Part shown: positions 1-9,024 of the stretch, piece after piece
How positions within the stretch are numbered: the stretch's first letter is position 1
Layout of the letters: each line of letters opens with the position of its first letter
Source of the DNA: a virus
Taxonomy: Duplodnaviria; Heunggongvirae; Uroviricota; Caudoviricetes
Virus record (IMG/VR): IMGVR_UViG_2778261085_000012
Location: 1 to 25,936 of that record
Length of the DNA: 25,936 nt
Reading direction: 5' to 3' (one strand)
The notes under the pieces: generated by a model
What the model saw: only the letters and a program-made list of their open reading frames with translations
Database searches by the model: none
What the model was told of the DNA's origin: nothing
Translations under genes and position numbers: made by a program

Positions 1-570
1 CTATGCCGGAGGATATTTATTCATTCTTTCAGATATGTGAATGGAACGATTGTCGATTATATTTGTATCAAAAATAGTTACGGCAGGATGATTAAAACAG
101 ATAGAGTGTTTAGGTCTAAGTAAATGTAGTGTTTGCAATCTGGTTATCGCTGTGTTATCAAAATTTGAGAAGTCAACAACAAGATCTACATTCAGTTTTT
201 TTATCTTTGCTTTTAGTTCGTTAAATTTATTTTTCTCGTAAGATATAAAGGCATCCACGCCAACAATATCAGTAAAGAGGAATGATACTCTTGAAGGTGC
301 TATCACATATACCACCATACCGGATTTTTGAAGTTGTTTAATAAACCCTGAGGTAACGATGCCGTCACCAATGGCCTGCATGTGCATGAAAATGCACACT
401 GTTTTATAACTATCCGGCTGTAATGATGTTTTCCTTCTGTATCGCATTTTTAGAAATGCCAGTCTGGCCTTCGTCTTTATCTTTTTTGTTTTAATATTTC
501 GCTGTCTGTTAAGCTGTTTTAATGATGAAATAACATTCATAATGGTACCCTGAAATTCCAAATCACACAT
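1..570 (-). CDS. AT-rich cargo protein; resembles only the N-terminal domain of GT9 heptosyltransferase-type glycosyltransferases (possibly truncated)
   Basis: ORF 1..600 ends with a stop at 1-3; first codon of the track ORF appears to be TTG, first ATG about 570, start uncertain. Segment KTVCIFMHMQAIGDGIVTSGFIKQLQ...VVYVIAPS has the layout of a GT9 N-terminal Rossmann domain. GC content far below neighbouring phage genes. Occupies the P2 Z/fun cargo slot downstream of G. Confidence 0.4.
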   Translation of the reverse strand: MCDLEFQGTIMNVISSLKQLNRQRNIKTKKIKTKARLAFLKMRYRRKTSLQPDSYKTVCIFMHMQAIGDGIVTSGFIKQLQKSGMVVYVIAPSRVSFLFTDIVGVDAFISYEKNKFNELKAKIKKLNVDLVVDFSNFDNTAITRLQTLHLLRPKHSICFNHPAVTIFDTNIIDNRSIHISERMNKYPPA

Positions 571-634
571 GTCATCCGAAATGAGCAGGGTACTATACAA
601 AAAACTGGACTACAATGGTTTGAAATGAAAGCCT

Positions 635-1234
635 TTATGCTTGTTTACTCCTTGATTCCACTGGGGAAGCAGGCCACTCAATATCCGGTGCTCTTGATGT
701 ATCAACACGGTTCAGCAGCACTCGATACTTCTTCCATGCCACCAGTAACGATGTTTCTTCCTCTGTTGCAATATTCAAATCCACGGCATCCTGAAGTGGC
801 GAAATATGCTCACTGGCTACCTGCATGAGGCTGTTTTTTGTTTCTTCCGCCTCCCGTATCCGGAACACTTTTTCTGCTTCTGCATCTTTCACCCACGTTG
901 TGCCGTTCCACTTCTGAAACTCCCCTTCCGGGGATAACCAGGTGACATTTTCCGGTAATGGACCAAGTTCAGAAATAAATAACGCGCCCCCTGATGCCAC
1001 GTCATAAACCGTTTTACCACGATGATCTTCAACGAGATGCCAGGACGCCTTATCACTGTTGAAAATTGCCACGAAGCCAGCTGGAATATCTGGCGGAGCA
1101 ATATCAGTACTATTTGCAGGTAGACCTGTATGAGGTGGAATGTATGCATCACCTTCACCAATAAATTCATTAGTTCCGGCCAGCAGATTATAAATTGTTA
1201 TGGTCCGTGGTTGTTCACTCATTCTGAAATCCAT
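635..1234 (-). CDS. G: tail fibre assembly chaperone (Tfa, P2 gpG-like)
   Basis: N-terminus [48 protein letters not shown] and C-terminus [33 protein letters not shown] match enterobacterial Tfa proteins; track codon 1 appears to be GTG, ATG at codon 3 preceded by GAGG. Confidence 0.85.
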   Translation of the reverse strand: MDFRMSEQPRTITIYNLLAGTNEFIGEGDAYIPPHTGLPANSTDIAPPDIPAGFVAIFNSDKASWHLVEDHRGKTVYDVASGGALFISELGPLPENVTWLSPEGEFQKWNGTTWVKDAEAEKVFRIREAEETKNSLMQVASEHISPLQDAVDLNIATEEETSLLVAWKKYRVLLNRVDTSRAPDIEWPASPVESRSKQA

Positions 1235-1242
1235 GTTCACCT

Positions 1243-2145
1243 CTACTTAATATCAGAGACAGAATATTGTTTATTGAGCGTATGGGTGTGAGCACCAATA
1301 ACGATGCTACTTCCGTGGCTATGTGCGCCAGAGATGACATTACCTACGGGATTTTCTGGATTAATCCGGTGTATATGCGAACCAGGGCGAAACCGGTTAT
1401 TAGCCTGATGTTGTATCAGTACATCATCAGCCTGATGTTCAGGGTTAATACAGACCTGCCCGGAACGGGAGCAATACGTCCGATAATCGCCGCATCCAAT
1501 ATATTTAGTATCCGCATAACGGCAAACAGAATTACCCGGACAGTATGCATATGTGCCAAATACTGCCGACTGGCGGGATTGTGCGTATTCCCAGTTAATT
1601 GATTCTGTTTTTTTATTAAAGTTATCCCATGCCTGCTTCATCTGCCGGGCAACACTTTCAAACGGAACCTGACCACATCCGGCTCCCATTGCAGGGAATA
1701 CCACCGTTTTTATTTTCCTGTCTGTCGTTGCGTGTTTATTGTGCTGAAAGATGGCAAGCAGAGCGGCCCAGGTTGCGTTATATACAGCGTCTGTTCCGTC
1801 AATTGTCAGCGGAACACGCATTGTTGGCGCATGTACCAGCCAGGGGTGATGATTATGCCCCGTTTCAATAACAAATGCAGAACCTACAGGCTGCTCGCCG
1901 AGATATTCACGAAGAATATGATTCTGAACGCGGGACTGTAACTGAGTACCGAAGAATGCGGTAATGGCGGCATCAACACCGCCATCCATCAGGCCGAAAC
2001 TGTTTGCCGCACTTACCATGCAGTCAAATTCCCTGATTGTTTCAAATGGCTTTCCGACAATATTCACATTATCTGCATTTGCGAATACCCGCTTAAATGC
2101 TTCAGCCATTTCTGTTACTGGTGCAGAAAGAATGAGCGTAATCAT
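1243..2145 (-). CDS. macro-domain (ADP-ribose binding/processing) protein with C-terminal HxH fibre-tip-like repeats
   Basis: Three macro-domain motifs: [65 protein letters not shown]-terminus SHIH...[18 protein letters not shown]. Start ATG overlaps the H stop codon (ATGA); stop lies a few nt before G. Confidence 0.7.
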   Translation of the reverse strand: MITLILSAPVTEMAEAFKRVFANADNVNIVGKPFETIREFDCMVSAANSFGLMDGGVDAAITAFFGTQLQSRVQNHILREYLGEQPVGSAFVIETGHNHHPWLVHAPTMRVPLTIDGTDAVYNATWAALLAIFQHNKHATTDRKIKTVVFPAMGAGCGQVPFESVARQMKQAWDNFNKKTESINWEYAQSRQSAVFGTYAYCPGNSVCRYADTKYIGCGDYRTYCSRSGQVCINPEHQADDVLIQHQANNRFRPGSHIHRINPENPVGNVISGAHSHGSSIVIGAHTHTLNKQYSVSDIK

Positions 2146-4121
2146 GCAAGCCTCACAATATAGTTAAATGCGATGTTTTTGACGGTGTTTTCCGCGTTGC
2201 CATAAGCGGCAATGGTAATGGTGTGTGTATGCGAACCAATAGCGAGCGTATGTGTATGCGCACCTATTGCTACTGTGTGAGTATGAGCTCCTGCGCTTAA
2301 TACGCGATTACTTGCTGTCTTGCTTGTGTTAGTTGCATGCATTCCACCACCGGTACCGGGAGTTTCTGCGTATGCTGAAGTATTGTTGTAAGCAAAGTTG
2401 TGTGTATGTGCTCCGGTGTTATTTGTGGATTTAGTTCCGTAATCAAACGACGATGTGGTTTTCGTCCCCAAATCCGTACTGGATGCGCTGGCGCTGTGGG
2501 TGTGCGATTTAATGCCGTCCTGTTCCTGAGACAATACGGCTCGACCACTGGCAGGTTTGCCCTTAATCGTCCAGCCACGCATATCAGGGATCACGCCTGA
2601 CGGATAAGCGGCTGCAAGTTTCGGGTATGCAGATTTGTCAAAAGTCTGCCCCTGCATCAGGGCATAACCAGACGGAACGGTATCTGATGGCCACGGGATT
2701 GGTGCGCCAGGCGGATAAAACTGCTCTGATGGCGTATAGAGTGAATAAACTGTACCGTCCGTTAACCCTTCCGGCTTATTAGCAGAATATGCTGGTGACG
2801 TATGAATAGTCACGCTGGCATTACTGGTATAATCCCATTGAATATTTACACCAGTCGCATAATTTTCGATTGCAACGTAAATATCGTAAGTATCACCAGA
2901 TGTATTGACCCAGGCAAAATTTGTAAACCCTGTCGATGTGCGCTGCCATAAAGCACCAGTAATCCCCTTCGGATTACCATTACCTGCACGCAAAACAAGT
3001 TCAGATATACCTGCCTGTTGAGGTGAACCGACGTTATATCCAGCGCCACCAATCAACGTAATTGAAACAACAGAACTCGCCTGTGGCATGGTTACCGTTG
3101 CTAATTTGAACCAACCAGCACCACCGCTGAATGACATAGTTGTTGAGTTAAGCGTACCAATATCTTTCGGCGTCAGTGTAATATCCGCTGAAAGGGCCTT
3201 ACCATTCACCTTACGGGCAGAAGGTACCCGACCATTCGCATTGTCATTAGCTGCTTTCACTGCTTTCGGTGTCGCGGTAAGCGTTTCAGATGTGCTGTTA
3301 GTCGCGCTGCTTAGCTGGACAATCCCTTTTTGTGCTGTCGTAGCGTCCTGTGCAGTGTATTTCCCGTTAGCAAGGTCATACGCGGCCTTTACCGCTTTTG
3401 GTGTTGCGGCGAGCGTTTCTGAATCGCTGTTGGTGGCGCTACTGAGCTGGACAAGGCCTTTCCGCGCTGTAGTGGCGTCCTGCGCAGTATATTTCCCGTT
3501 AGCAAGGTCATATGCTGCCTTTACCGCCTTTGGTGTTGCAGCCTGTGTTTCAGACACGCTGTTAGTGTCGCTACTGAGTTGAACAAAGCCTTTTGCGGTC
3601 AGCGAGGCGTCCGGGTGACGTCGTGACTGTTCATGCTCTTTCAGTTTGTCATCCACGTAATCCACTGTGGCCATCACCATGGTGTTATCCACGGTAAGTG
3701 CCACAGTGGCAGTGCTGGATACGGTCAGAATGGTGCGAAATGTTTGTGCACGTCCTGATCCTTCGGCAACGGTAGGCTTGTAACTTTCGGCAGTATTGCC
3801 CACCGCGATTAAATCGCCGTGCTCATCAAACACACCAATTTCCCTGATCCAGAATCCGCCCGTTTCTGGAGGAATAACCAGCTCTGCAATAATGCGGTTT
3901 TGATGTGTTGCGTCCAGGATGACGCGATTAACAGTATGTCGCCACACCTCATGCACCAGACGGGTCTGCTTACTGTCTGGTGTGGGCAATGTACCGCCAC
4001 CGTCGCCCACGGCCATATGAGTCAGGCGGACAGGCTTACCATCTGGCGCGGCTGCCTGAGCTAATTTTTTGGCACCCGTATCGGTGATAACGGTTTTAAA
4101 TTTACGTGTTGTGGTACTCAT
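2142..4121 (-). CDS. H: tail fibre protein (P2 gpH-like)
   Basis: 659 aa; N-terminus [26 protein letters not shown]...HEVWRH...IAELVIPPE matches the conserved baseplate-attachment end of P2 H; three approx. 44-aa shaft repeats; C-terminal HxH repeats (AHTHN, AHTHT, AHTHT, SHTHT). Confidence 0.9.
   Translation of the reverse strand: MSTTTRKFKTVITDTGAKKLAQAAAPDGKPVRLTHMAVGDGGGTLPTPDSKQTRLVHEVWRHTVNRVILDATHQNRIIAELVIPPETGGFWIREIGVFDEHGDLIAVGNTAESYKPTVAEGSGRAQTFRTILTVSSTATVALTVDNTMVMATVDYVDDKLKEHEQSRRHPDASLTAKGFVQLSSDTNSVSETQAATPKAVKAAYDLANGKYTAQDATTARKGLVQLSSATNSDSETLAATPKAVKAAYDLANGKYTAQDATTAQKGIVQLSSATNSTSETLTATPKAVKAANDNANGRVPSARKVNGKALSADITLTPKDIGTLNSTTMSFSGGAGWFKLATVTMPQASSVVSITLIGGAGYNVGSPQQAGISELVLRAGNGNPKGITGALWQRTSTGFTNFAWVNTSGDTYDIYVAIENYATGVNIQWDYTSNASVTIHTSPAYSANKPEGLTDGTVYSLYTPSEQFYPPGAPIPWPSDTVPSGYALMQGQTFDKSAYPKLAAAYPSGVIPDMRGWTIKGKPASGRAVLSQEQDGIKSHTHSASASSTDLGTKTTSSFDYGTKSTNNTGAHTHNFAYNNTSAYAETPGTGGGMHATNTSKTASNRVLSAGAHTHTVAIGAHTHTLAIGSHTHTITIAAYGNAENTVKNIAFNYIVRLA
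3246..3593 (-). repeat. three tandem approx. 132-bp in-frame coding repeats in the fibre shaft of H
   Basis: Peptide repeat KG(F/L/I)VQLSS(D/A)TNS.SET(Q/L)(A/T)[25 protein letters not shown] occurs three times; the nucleotide repeats are visible directly. Confidence 0.75.
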
Positions 4122-4123
4122 GC

Positions 4124-4654
4124 TTAATCGTCCGGATAAATGGTAATGACTTCGCCGTCGTAAGTTGCTGCCGCCGCGAAAATATCTCCCTGAATCTCCT
4201 GAATGATATTCAGCCCTGTCATGTGGCGGCTGACCGGGCGGGCATCAGCAATCAACCGCTCCATTTCCAGATACATTTCCTCCGTCACGCCACTGTCCAG
4301 TGTGCCGACTTCAACGGTAAATGTTCCCGGTTCTCCGCCGAACTCCCACCACTCAGACACGCGAATGAGGTATCCCAGCGGCTCAATGGCCCTGCGCAGT
4401 GCGCTGATGGTCCCTTTGTGTCGGTGTATCAGCCATGCATCACGAATAACCTGTCGCTTTGTCTCTTCCGGCCAGTTGCGATCCCAGCGGTCAACGGAAA
4501 ATGCCCAGGCGAGATAGGGCAGCAGATGCACCGGGCAGGTATCCGGCGACCACAGTGTGTTGAGGTCTACCGGAATGTCTGTAATGCGTGTTCCGACGGC
4601 TTCGGCACAACGCATGAAATTGCTGGCTGATGGTGGTAACAGTGAATTACTCAT
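4124..4654 (-). CDS. I: baseplate protein (P2 gpI-like)
   Basis: MSNSLLPP...[25 protein letters not shown]...[19 protein letters not shown] collinear with P2 I; start taken at the internal Met of track ORF 4124..4687; short overlap with the J 3' end. Confidence 0.8.
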   Translation of the reverse strand: MSNSLLPPSASNFMRCAEAVGTRITDIPVDLNTLWSPDTCPVHLLPYLAWAFSVDRWDRNWPEETKRQVIRDAWLIHRHKGTISALRRAIEPLGYLIRVSEWWEFGGEPGTFTVEVGTLDSGVTEEMYLEMERLIADARPVSRHMTGLNIIQEIQGDIFAAAATYDGEVITIYPDD

Positions 4655-5543
4655 TGCGCCCACCTTCGCTGATGGTGAATGACTCACAGCGCGCCGCCTG
4701 TATGTCGCTGATGGCCATATTCTGTGTGGGTTCGATTATCTCCACGCGTTGCACACCGTGCACATGCAGTGCGGCAGCAATGGCGGACAACGCCACGTCC
4801 TGACCGATAAGCCCCTGCTCAGCCAGCCACTTCCTGAACGACGATTCCGCCGCAGTCAGAATAGGTTCGGATTCCGGACCGGGGTAAAAGTACAGTTTTG
4901 CATTCAGCCGCCATGTCACGATTCTGGCGCTCTGTACGGTCAGGCGGTCGGCCACCGGGCGGGTGTCCTCTGCATTCAGAACGGAGCGAACGGTATTAAG
5001 CAACGCCTCCGTTGCTGTGCCGTCGCCTTCAGTGGACAGAATGGAAACCGTCACATTTGCCGGAGACGGACTGATAGCCCGCGCATCACGCACCAGACCG
5101 CTGGCGCTGCGGGCAAAATACTCGTATGCACCTGACGGGCCAGCAACACTCAGGCCGTCGTACGCCCGCTGCGCCCGCAGTCTCAGCGAGGTGTCGCTCT
5201 CCATCACCGCGTCGGTGGTATCCGTTGCCGGAGTGATAACCAGGCGCTTTGTGTTCATATTGCCCGCGAGGTTGTCCAGGTCTGTCCCGGCGCTGTGGCT
5301 TAACATGCAGGCGCGTGCCCCCTCGTTAACCCGCTGGCGTAACAGCATTTCACGAAACGACATGGTTTGAGCGATAACGTTAAGGGGTTCCGATTCCAGC
5401 TCCAGCGCGGCGGAAACGGCTTCACGCTGTTCGGCGGGATAAGCCGCAATCATCATGGCCTTTGTGTCAGCCAGAATTGCCTCAAAATCAGGCTCCGCGA
5501 TGATGGCGGGTTCCGGTAACTGGGAAAGGTCAACAGCAGGCAT
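4647..5543 (-). CDS. J: baseplate assembly protein J
   Basis: 298 aa; size, position and sequence pattern consistent with P2 gpJ. Confidence 0.85.
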   Translation of the reverse strand: MPAVDLSQLPEPAIIAEPDFEAILADTKAMMIAAYPAEQREAVSAALELESEPLNVIAQTMSFREMLLRQRVNEGARACMLSHSAGTDLDNLAGNMNTKRLVITPATDTTDAVMESDTSLRLRAQRAYDGLSVAGPSGAYEYFARSASGLVRDARAISPSPANVTVSILSTEGDGTATEALLNTVRSVLNAEDTRPVADRLTVQSARIVTWRLNAKLYFYPGPESEPILTAAESSFRKWLAEQGLIGQDVALSAIAAALHVHGVQRVEIIEPTQNMAISDIQAARCESFTISEGGRNE

Positions 5544-5546
5544 GAT

Positions 5547-5897
5547 TTACTCTCTCAGCGTGATGGTTAATTCAACATTCTGCATGGTCTGCATGACAGT
5601 GCCCGACAGCGTCACCCCGGCGCGGCCTCCTGCCTTCCAGACAACGTCGATGGCGTCCAGGGCAATGCGGGGTTCCCATCGTGTCAGCGCAATCACGGCA
5701 GCACTCATGCATTGCAGACGAGTTGTGTTATTCATGGGTTCGTCAATCAAATCAGGCACAAGGCTGCCATATTCCCGTCGCATAACCCGGCTTGCCAGCG
5801 GGGTGATCAGGATGTCCCTGACTGACTGTTTCAGGTGCTCCATATCGTTCAGGTTTCCCGTCCCGTCCGGATTCATTCCTGTGTAGCGGGTTGTCAC
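5547..5897 (-). CDS. W: baseplate protein W (GPW/gp25 family)
   Basis: 116 aa; position between V and J, size as P2 gpW. Confidence 0.8.
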   Translation of the reverse strand: MTTRYTGMNPDGTGNLNDMEHLKQSVRDILITPLASRVMRREYGSLVPDLIDEPMNNTTRLQCMSAAVIALTRWEPRIALDAIDVVWKAGGRAGVTLSGTVMQTMQNVELTITLRE

Positions 5898-6475
5898 TGC
5901 GGGCCTCCTGTCGAATCGCTGCCGCCTTTCACGCCACCGTGTTTATGCGTATGCACGGTAATGCCGTTTGAGGTGAAGTTGCCGCCGCTGTGCGTGATAT
6001 TGCCGCTCATCTTTCCTCCTTTTGTGACGTCAAGCGTCGCCGTTCTCAGAAGGTTTGTGCATTCCACGACGGGCGTGTCCAGTTTCACGCTGACGGATGC
6101 CTGTAAAGTGGCCGTTTTCATGCCGCTGGCGCTCAGTGCGCCTGCGTCCGCGTCGTAGCGGAACACCGCGCCGTCCGGCGCGCTGATCACGATTTCTTTC
6201 AGGCTTTTGCCGGGGGCCGGATTGGCATCACTCCACAGGCTGCCAATTATCATGGCGGTTTCCGGGTTGCCGCCAATGCAGGCAATTACCACCTGTTCGC
6301 CTGGTGATGGCGGCAGCCACACATTGAAGGCTCCCGCGCGCGTGGTGTTCCAGCGCAGCCAGCCTGTTTCCAGTTCGCCGCTGCGAACGCGCACGCGCCA
6401 GGACTTCTCATCAACTTCAGAGATGATCCCGGTGCGGATGATATTGCTCAGCAGTCGCATGAGTTCTGCGCTCAC
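5894..6475 (-). CDS. V: baseplate spike/assembly protein V
   Basis: 193 aa; N-terminus MSAELMRLLSNIIRTGIISEVDEKSWRVRVRSGELETGWLRW typical of gpV; overlaps W start by 4 nt. Confidence 0.8.
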   Translation of the reverse strand: MSAELMRLLSNIIRTGIISEVDEKSWRVRVRSGELETGWLRWNTTRAGAFNVWLPPSPGEQVVIACIGGNPETAMIIGSLWSDANPAPGKSLKEIVISAPDGAVFRYDADAGALSASGMKTATLQASVSVKLDTPVVECTNLLRTATLDVTKGGKMSGNITHSGGNFTSNGITVHTHKHGGVKGGSDSTGGPQ

Positions 6476-7116
6476 CGTACAGCCTCCGCAATCCGGCCCA
6501 GCACCGTGTTATAAATCAGGCGTTCATCTGCCTGACTGATGCCCAACAGCTCACGTACCGGGTAATCGGTGAAAATGCCCGGCGCAACCTGATCGCGCTC
6601 ACCGAACTGATGAACGCGGGCAATACGTGCGGCCACGCCGCTGTAACCCACCGTCACACCGGAAGCATCTGCACGGGCTTTCAGGTAGCGGGCGGTGCGC
6701 AGTTTTACGAACATGGGGACGCGCTTTGTGCTGTCCTGGTTGATGCGCCGGGTGCGTATTTCCAGAAAACGGTCGATGTCATCCCGGTAAAACGTGCGGA
6801 TATTGTTTTTATCCTCATCCCACCCGGTAATGGTTCGCCCGTATTTCCCCGTGTCGTGATGCCAGTTTTTCAGCGTGCGTGCTTCGTTATTCCAGATAAA
6901 GCGAATGCGTTCCTGTATCCGGGTTACACGGCGTTTGCGTGGTGTCCATGCGGTCCCGTCCGGCGCTTTCTGTGACCGGATTCGTGCCTGCTGGGCGCGA
7001 CGTAAATCCTGTGCCAGCTTTCTGGCGATGTTATTGATGGCCTGCTGATTCAGGCTGTCGCGGATGGCCTCAAAGGTTTCATCCACGCGGGTGAATGCCT
7101 TATCCATCGCTTTCAC
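6472..7116 (-). CDS. S: virion morphogenesis / tail completion protein (gpS-like)
   Basis: 214 aa basic protein in the P2 S position; start may be at the internal Met of MKAMDKAF; overlaps R 3' end. Confidence 0.7.
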   Translation of the reverse strand: MKAMDKAFTRVDETFEAIRDSLNQQAINNIARKLAQDLRRAQQARIRSQKAPDGTAWTPRKRRVTRIQERIRFIWNNEARTLKNWHHDTGKYGRTITGWDEDKNNIRTFYRDDIDRFLEIRTRRINQDSTKRVPMFVKLRTARYLKARADASGVTVGYSGVAARIARVHQFGERDQVAPGIFTDYPVRELLGISQADERLIYNTVLGRIAEAVR

Positions 7117-7567
7117 CCCACGTCACATCCTGGAATACATGCGACCAGTCGCCTTCGGAAGATGGCAGGCGGGGTTTTGGCTCCGGCAGGTGTTCTGCCT
7201 GCGGTGTGCCCTGACTGCTGCGCGTGATGCGAACGCGTTCCCGCAGGGGGAGCGTAAACAGGAGATCGGCGCTGTCATCGTCATTGATAACGGCGGAAAA
7301 TTTGATGTCCTGATTACGCTCCGGATTGAGCAACAACTGTGGCTGATTTTCGGATAACCACGCCAGCAGCGGCAGCGTGAGGTCGTCCAGCTCTCCGGCG
7401 TAATCCATGACAAACATCACCATCTGATAGCGGTAAACAAACGAGGGCGTTTCTCCGGTCGTTTCAATGTTGCCGCTCTCCACGAAAATGGTGAATTTTT
7501 CCGGGTTGGCCTGACACCATCGGCATGAACGGGTCATGGCTTCACGCAGGGAATCAGTTTTCAGCAT
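7100..7567 (-). CDS. R: tail completion protein R
   Basis: 155 aa; MLKTDSLREAM...FVMDYAGELDDLTLPLLAWLSENQP collinear with P2 gpR. Confidence 0.85.
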   Translation of the reverse strand: MLKTDSLREAMTRSCRWCQANPEKFTIFVESGNIETTGETPSFVYRYQMVMFVMDYAGELDDLTLPLLAWLSENQPQLLLNPERNQDIKFSAVINDDDSADLLFTLPLRERVRITRSSQGTPQAEHLPEPKPRLPSSEGDWSHVFQDVTWGESDG

Positions 7568-7844
7568 GGTTGTTGTCCTCGTTGTTCAGTCGTTGCAGCC
7601 GGCGCTGTTCCAGTAATTCAATGGCCCGTTTATCCGCGTTACAGGTTTCCAGTGCATCCAGAAGGCGGTCGCCCCATATACCGAGATTTCCCCATGTGGG
7701 AGTATCAGGGAAGGGGGGAGGCATTACCGGTATGGTCAGCGTCTGCGGTATAAGCCGGACTGACGGCGCTGGCCGTGGCGCGTTCTGCGTGCCTGCGCAA
7801 CCTGTCAGTAAAACGAGCGTCAGGCAAAGCGTGGGCGCATTCAT
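7554..7844 (-). CDS. lysC: o-spanin lipoprotein (LysC/Rz1-like), overlapped arrangement
   Basis: Signal peptide with lipobox MNAPTLCLTLVLLTGCAG, proline-rich mature part; starts inside lysB in another frame and extends past it into the R start, as in P2. Confidence 0.65.
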   Translation of the reverse strand: MNAPTLCLTLVLLTGCAGTQNAPRPAPSVRLIPQTLTIPVMPPPFPDTPTWGNLGIWGDRLLDALETCNADKRAIELLEQRRLQRLNNEDNNHAEN

Positions 7845-8112
7845 CTTTTGCAATATCGTTGCGTAGCTGTTCACGTCTGGCCTCTCCGTCCTGATTGCGT
7901 TGCTGATTTTCCACGCGGAGTTGCGCCAGCACCTGCTGCATATCCTGCACCCCGGTGCTGATGATATTCAGGGTGTCGGCGGTACTTTTCAGGGCGCTGG
8001 CCTGCGCTTCGTTTCTGGCGTTCTCCCGGCCCAGCGACCACGACAGACGCATGGATGTTCCCCATGCGGCAATCAGAAGGAAAGCGACGCCCAGCGTGGG
8101 CCAGAGCTTCAT
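7705..8112 (-). CDS. lysB: i-spanin (LysB/Rz-like)
   Basis: Start taken at the internal Met MKLWPTLGVAFLLIAAWG (N-terminal TM) followed by a charged coiled-coil-like region; ATG overlaps the endolysin stop. Confidence 0.7.
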   Translation of the reverse strand: MKLWPTLGVAFLLIAAWGTSMRLSWSLGRENARNEAQASALKSTADTLNIISTGVQDMQQVLAQLRVENQQRNQDGEARREQLRNDIAKDECAHALPDARFTDRLRRHAERATASAVSPAYTADADHTGNASPLP

Positions 8113-8501
8113 GCCGGATAGGCTCCGTGTGGTAACTGAAAATGCGGTCCGTCTTTCAGGGTCTTCCAGTCGCCGCCCCATTCCACCGGAATATTCAGCT
8201 CCCGGCTGGCCTGTCTGAATGCTGCTGCGATTTTTTCGTACAGCGGCCATTCCCATGACACCTGGCTGCCGATATAAGCCACAACATCCACGGCATGTCC
8301 CGTAAGGTGGCGGCTGTTCATGGTCTGGCTCTTACCCGTGGCCACCAGTTGCTTCTGGCGGTAACGGCTGCGCAACCCTTCGGTGATACCAAAATCCACT
8401 TCCGAGATTTCCAGTGCCCGTCGGGTCACTTTCACCAGATCAGGATTTACGCCCTGCAAATTCTTTTCGCTCCGGCTGCTGAATTTAAATGTGTTGCTCA
8501 T
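8109..8501 (-). CDS. endolysin, peptidase M15 (L-Ala-D-Glu / DD-peptidase type)
   Basis: 130 aa; SRHLTGHAVDV and HFQLPHG zinc-ligand motifs typical of M15 endopeptidase endolysins. Confidence 0.8.
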   Translation of the reverse strand: MSNTFKFSSRSEKNLQGVNPDLVKVTRRALEISEVDFGITEGLRSRYRQKQLVATGKSQTMNSRHLTGHAVDVVAYIGSQVSWEWPLYEKIAAAFRQASRELNIPVEWGGDWKTLKDGPHFQLPHGAYPA

Positions 8502-8821
8502 TCGTCCTTCTCCTTCACCCTGCGATTAAAGGCCGCAATAACCTTGTCGCGTGCTTTCTCTGCCCCCATAAAACCGATTGATGCGCCGATAAACGTCACG
8601 GCATCTTCAGGAAACCCGAAGAAGCGCAACGACCCGGCCACGGCCATGGCAAGAACGCCGCACGCCAGCGATCCCGTTACGGTCTGAACCAGTGTTCGTC
8701 CGTCATAAAGACTCATCAGCGCGGAAATGCTGACTGCCGCGCCTACTGCATACACCGTTGGCAGGTGGTCAAAGAGCCACGCAATAACCTGCTCTGTGAT
8801 CCCTGTTTGAATGGTGCTCAC
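8498..8821 (-). CDS. holin (putative, GTG start)
   Basis: Track ORF 8498..9040 overlaps X; the plausible product starts at an internal GTG preceded by GGAG right after the X stop. Predicted TM segments with a charged C-terminal tail (KARDKVIAAFNRRVKEKDE). Confidence 0.6.
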   Translation of the reverse strand: MSTIQTGITEQVIAWLFDHLPTVYAVGAAVSISALMSLYDGRTLVQTVTGSLACGVLAMAVAGSLRFFGFPEDAVTFIGASIGFMGAEKARDKVIAAFNRRVKEKDE

Positions 8822-8823
8822 TG

Positions 8824-9024
8824 CTACTCCCCCCACAACTGAATCATTTCTCGTTTCTTCTTCTCCGGCTCCGGCATCTCCACTTCCTGCCCGGCGTCCA
8901 GAAATACCTGCTGACAGAGTCCGGGGTTGGCATCCAGCACCTTTTCGGTGACGCCCTGCGTCGTGCCGTAGTACCGGAAACAGAGCGAATCCACGGTGTC
9001 GCCTTCCAGTGCCTTCACTTTCAT
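8824..9024 (-). CDS. X: tail protein X
   Basis: MKVKALEGDTVDSLCFRYYGTTQGVTEKVLDANPGL matches P2 gpX; ATG overlaps the L stop. Confidence 0.8.
   Translation of the reverse strand: MKVKALEGDTVDSLCFRYYGTTQGVTEKVLDANPGLCQQVFLDAGQEVEMPEPEKKKREMIQLWGE

Noticed and set aside
1-600. Intact LPS heptosyltransferase as lysogenic conversion gene
   Set aside because: Only about the N-terminal half of a GT9 enzyme is present before the stop codon, so an intact glycosyltransferase cannot be claimed from this window.
1243-2145. Interpreting the 300-aa ORF as the fibre chaperone Tfa or as an alternative invertible fibre tip
   Set aside because: A bona fide Tfa (G) is present immediately downstream; both fibre-related ORFs are on the same strand and no invertase gene or inverted crossover sites flank the region.
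3088-3582. 164-aa plus-strand ORF with internal repeats
   Set aside because: It is the antisense shadow of the H shaft repeats; the repeat structure is inherited from H.
3246-3593. Tandem approx. 130-bp repeats that could be mistaken for a CRISPR-like or satellite array
   Set aside because: They are in-frame coding repeats within tail fibre gene H, encoding a repeated 44-aa peptide, with no spacer/repeat alternation.
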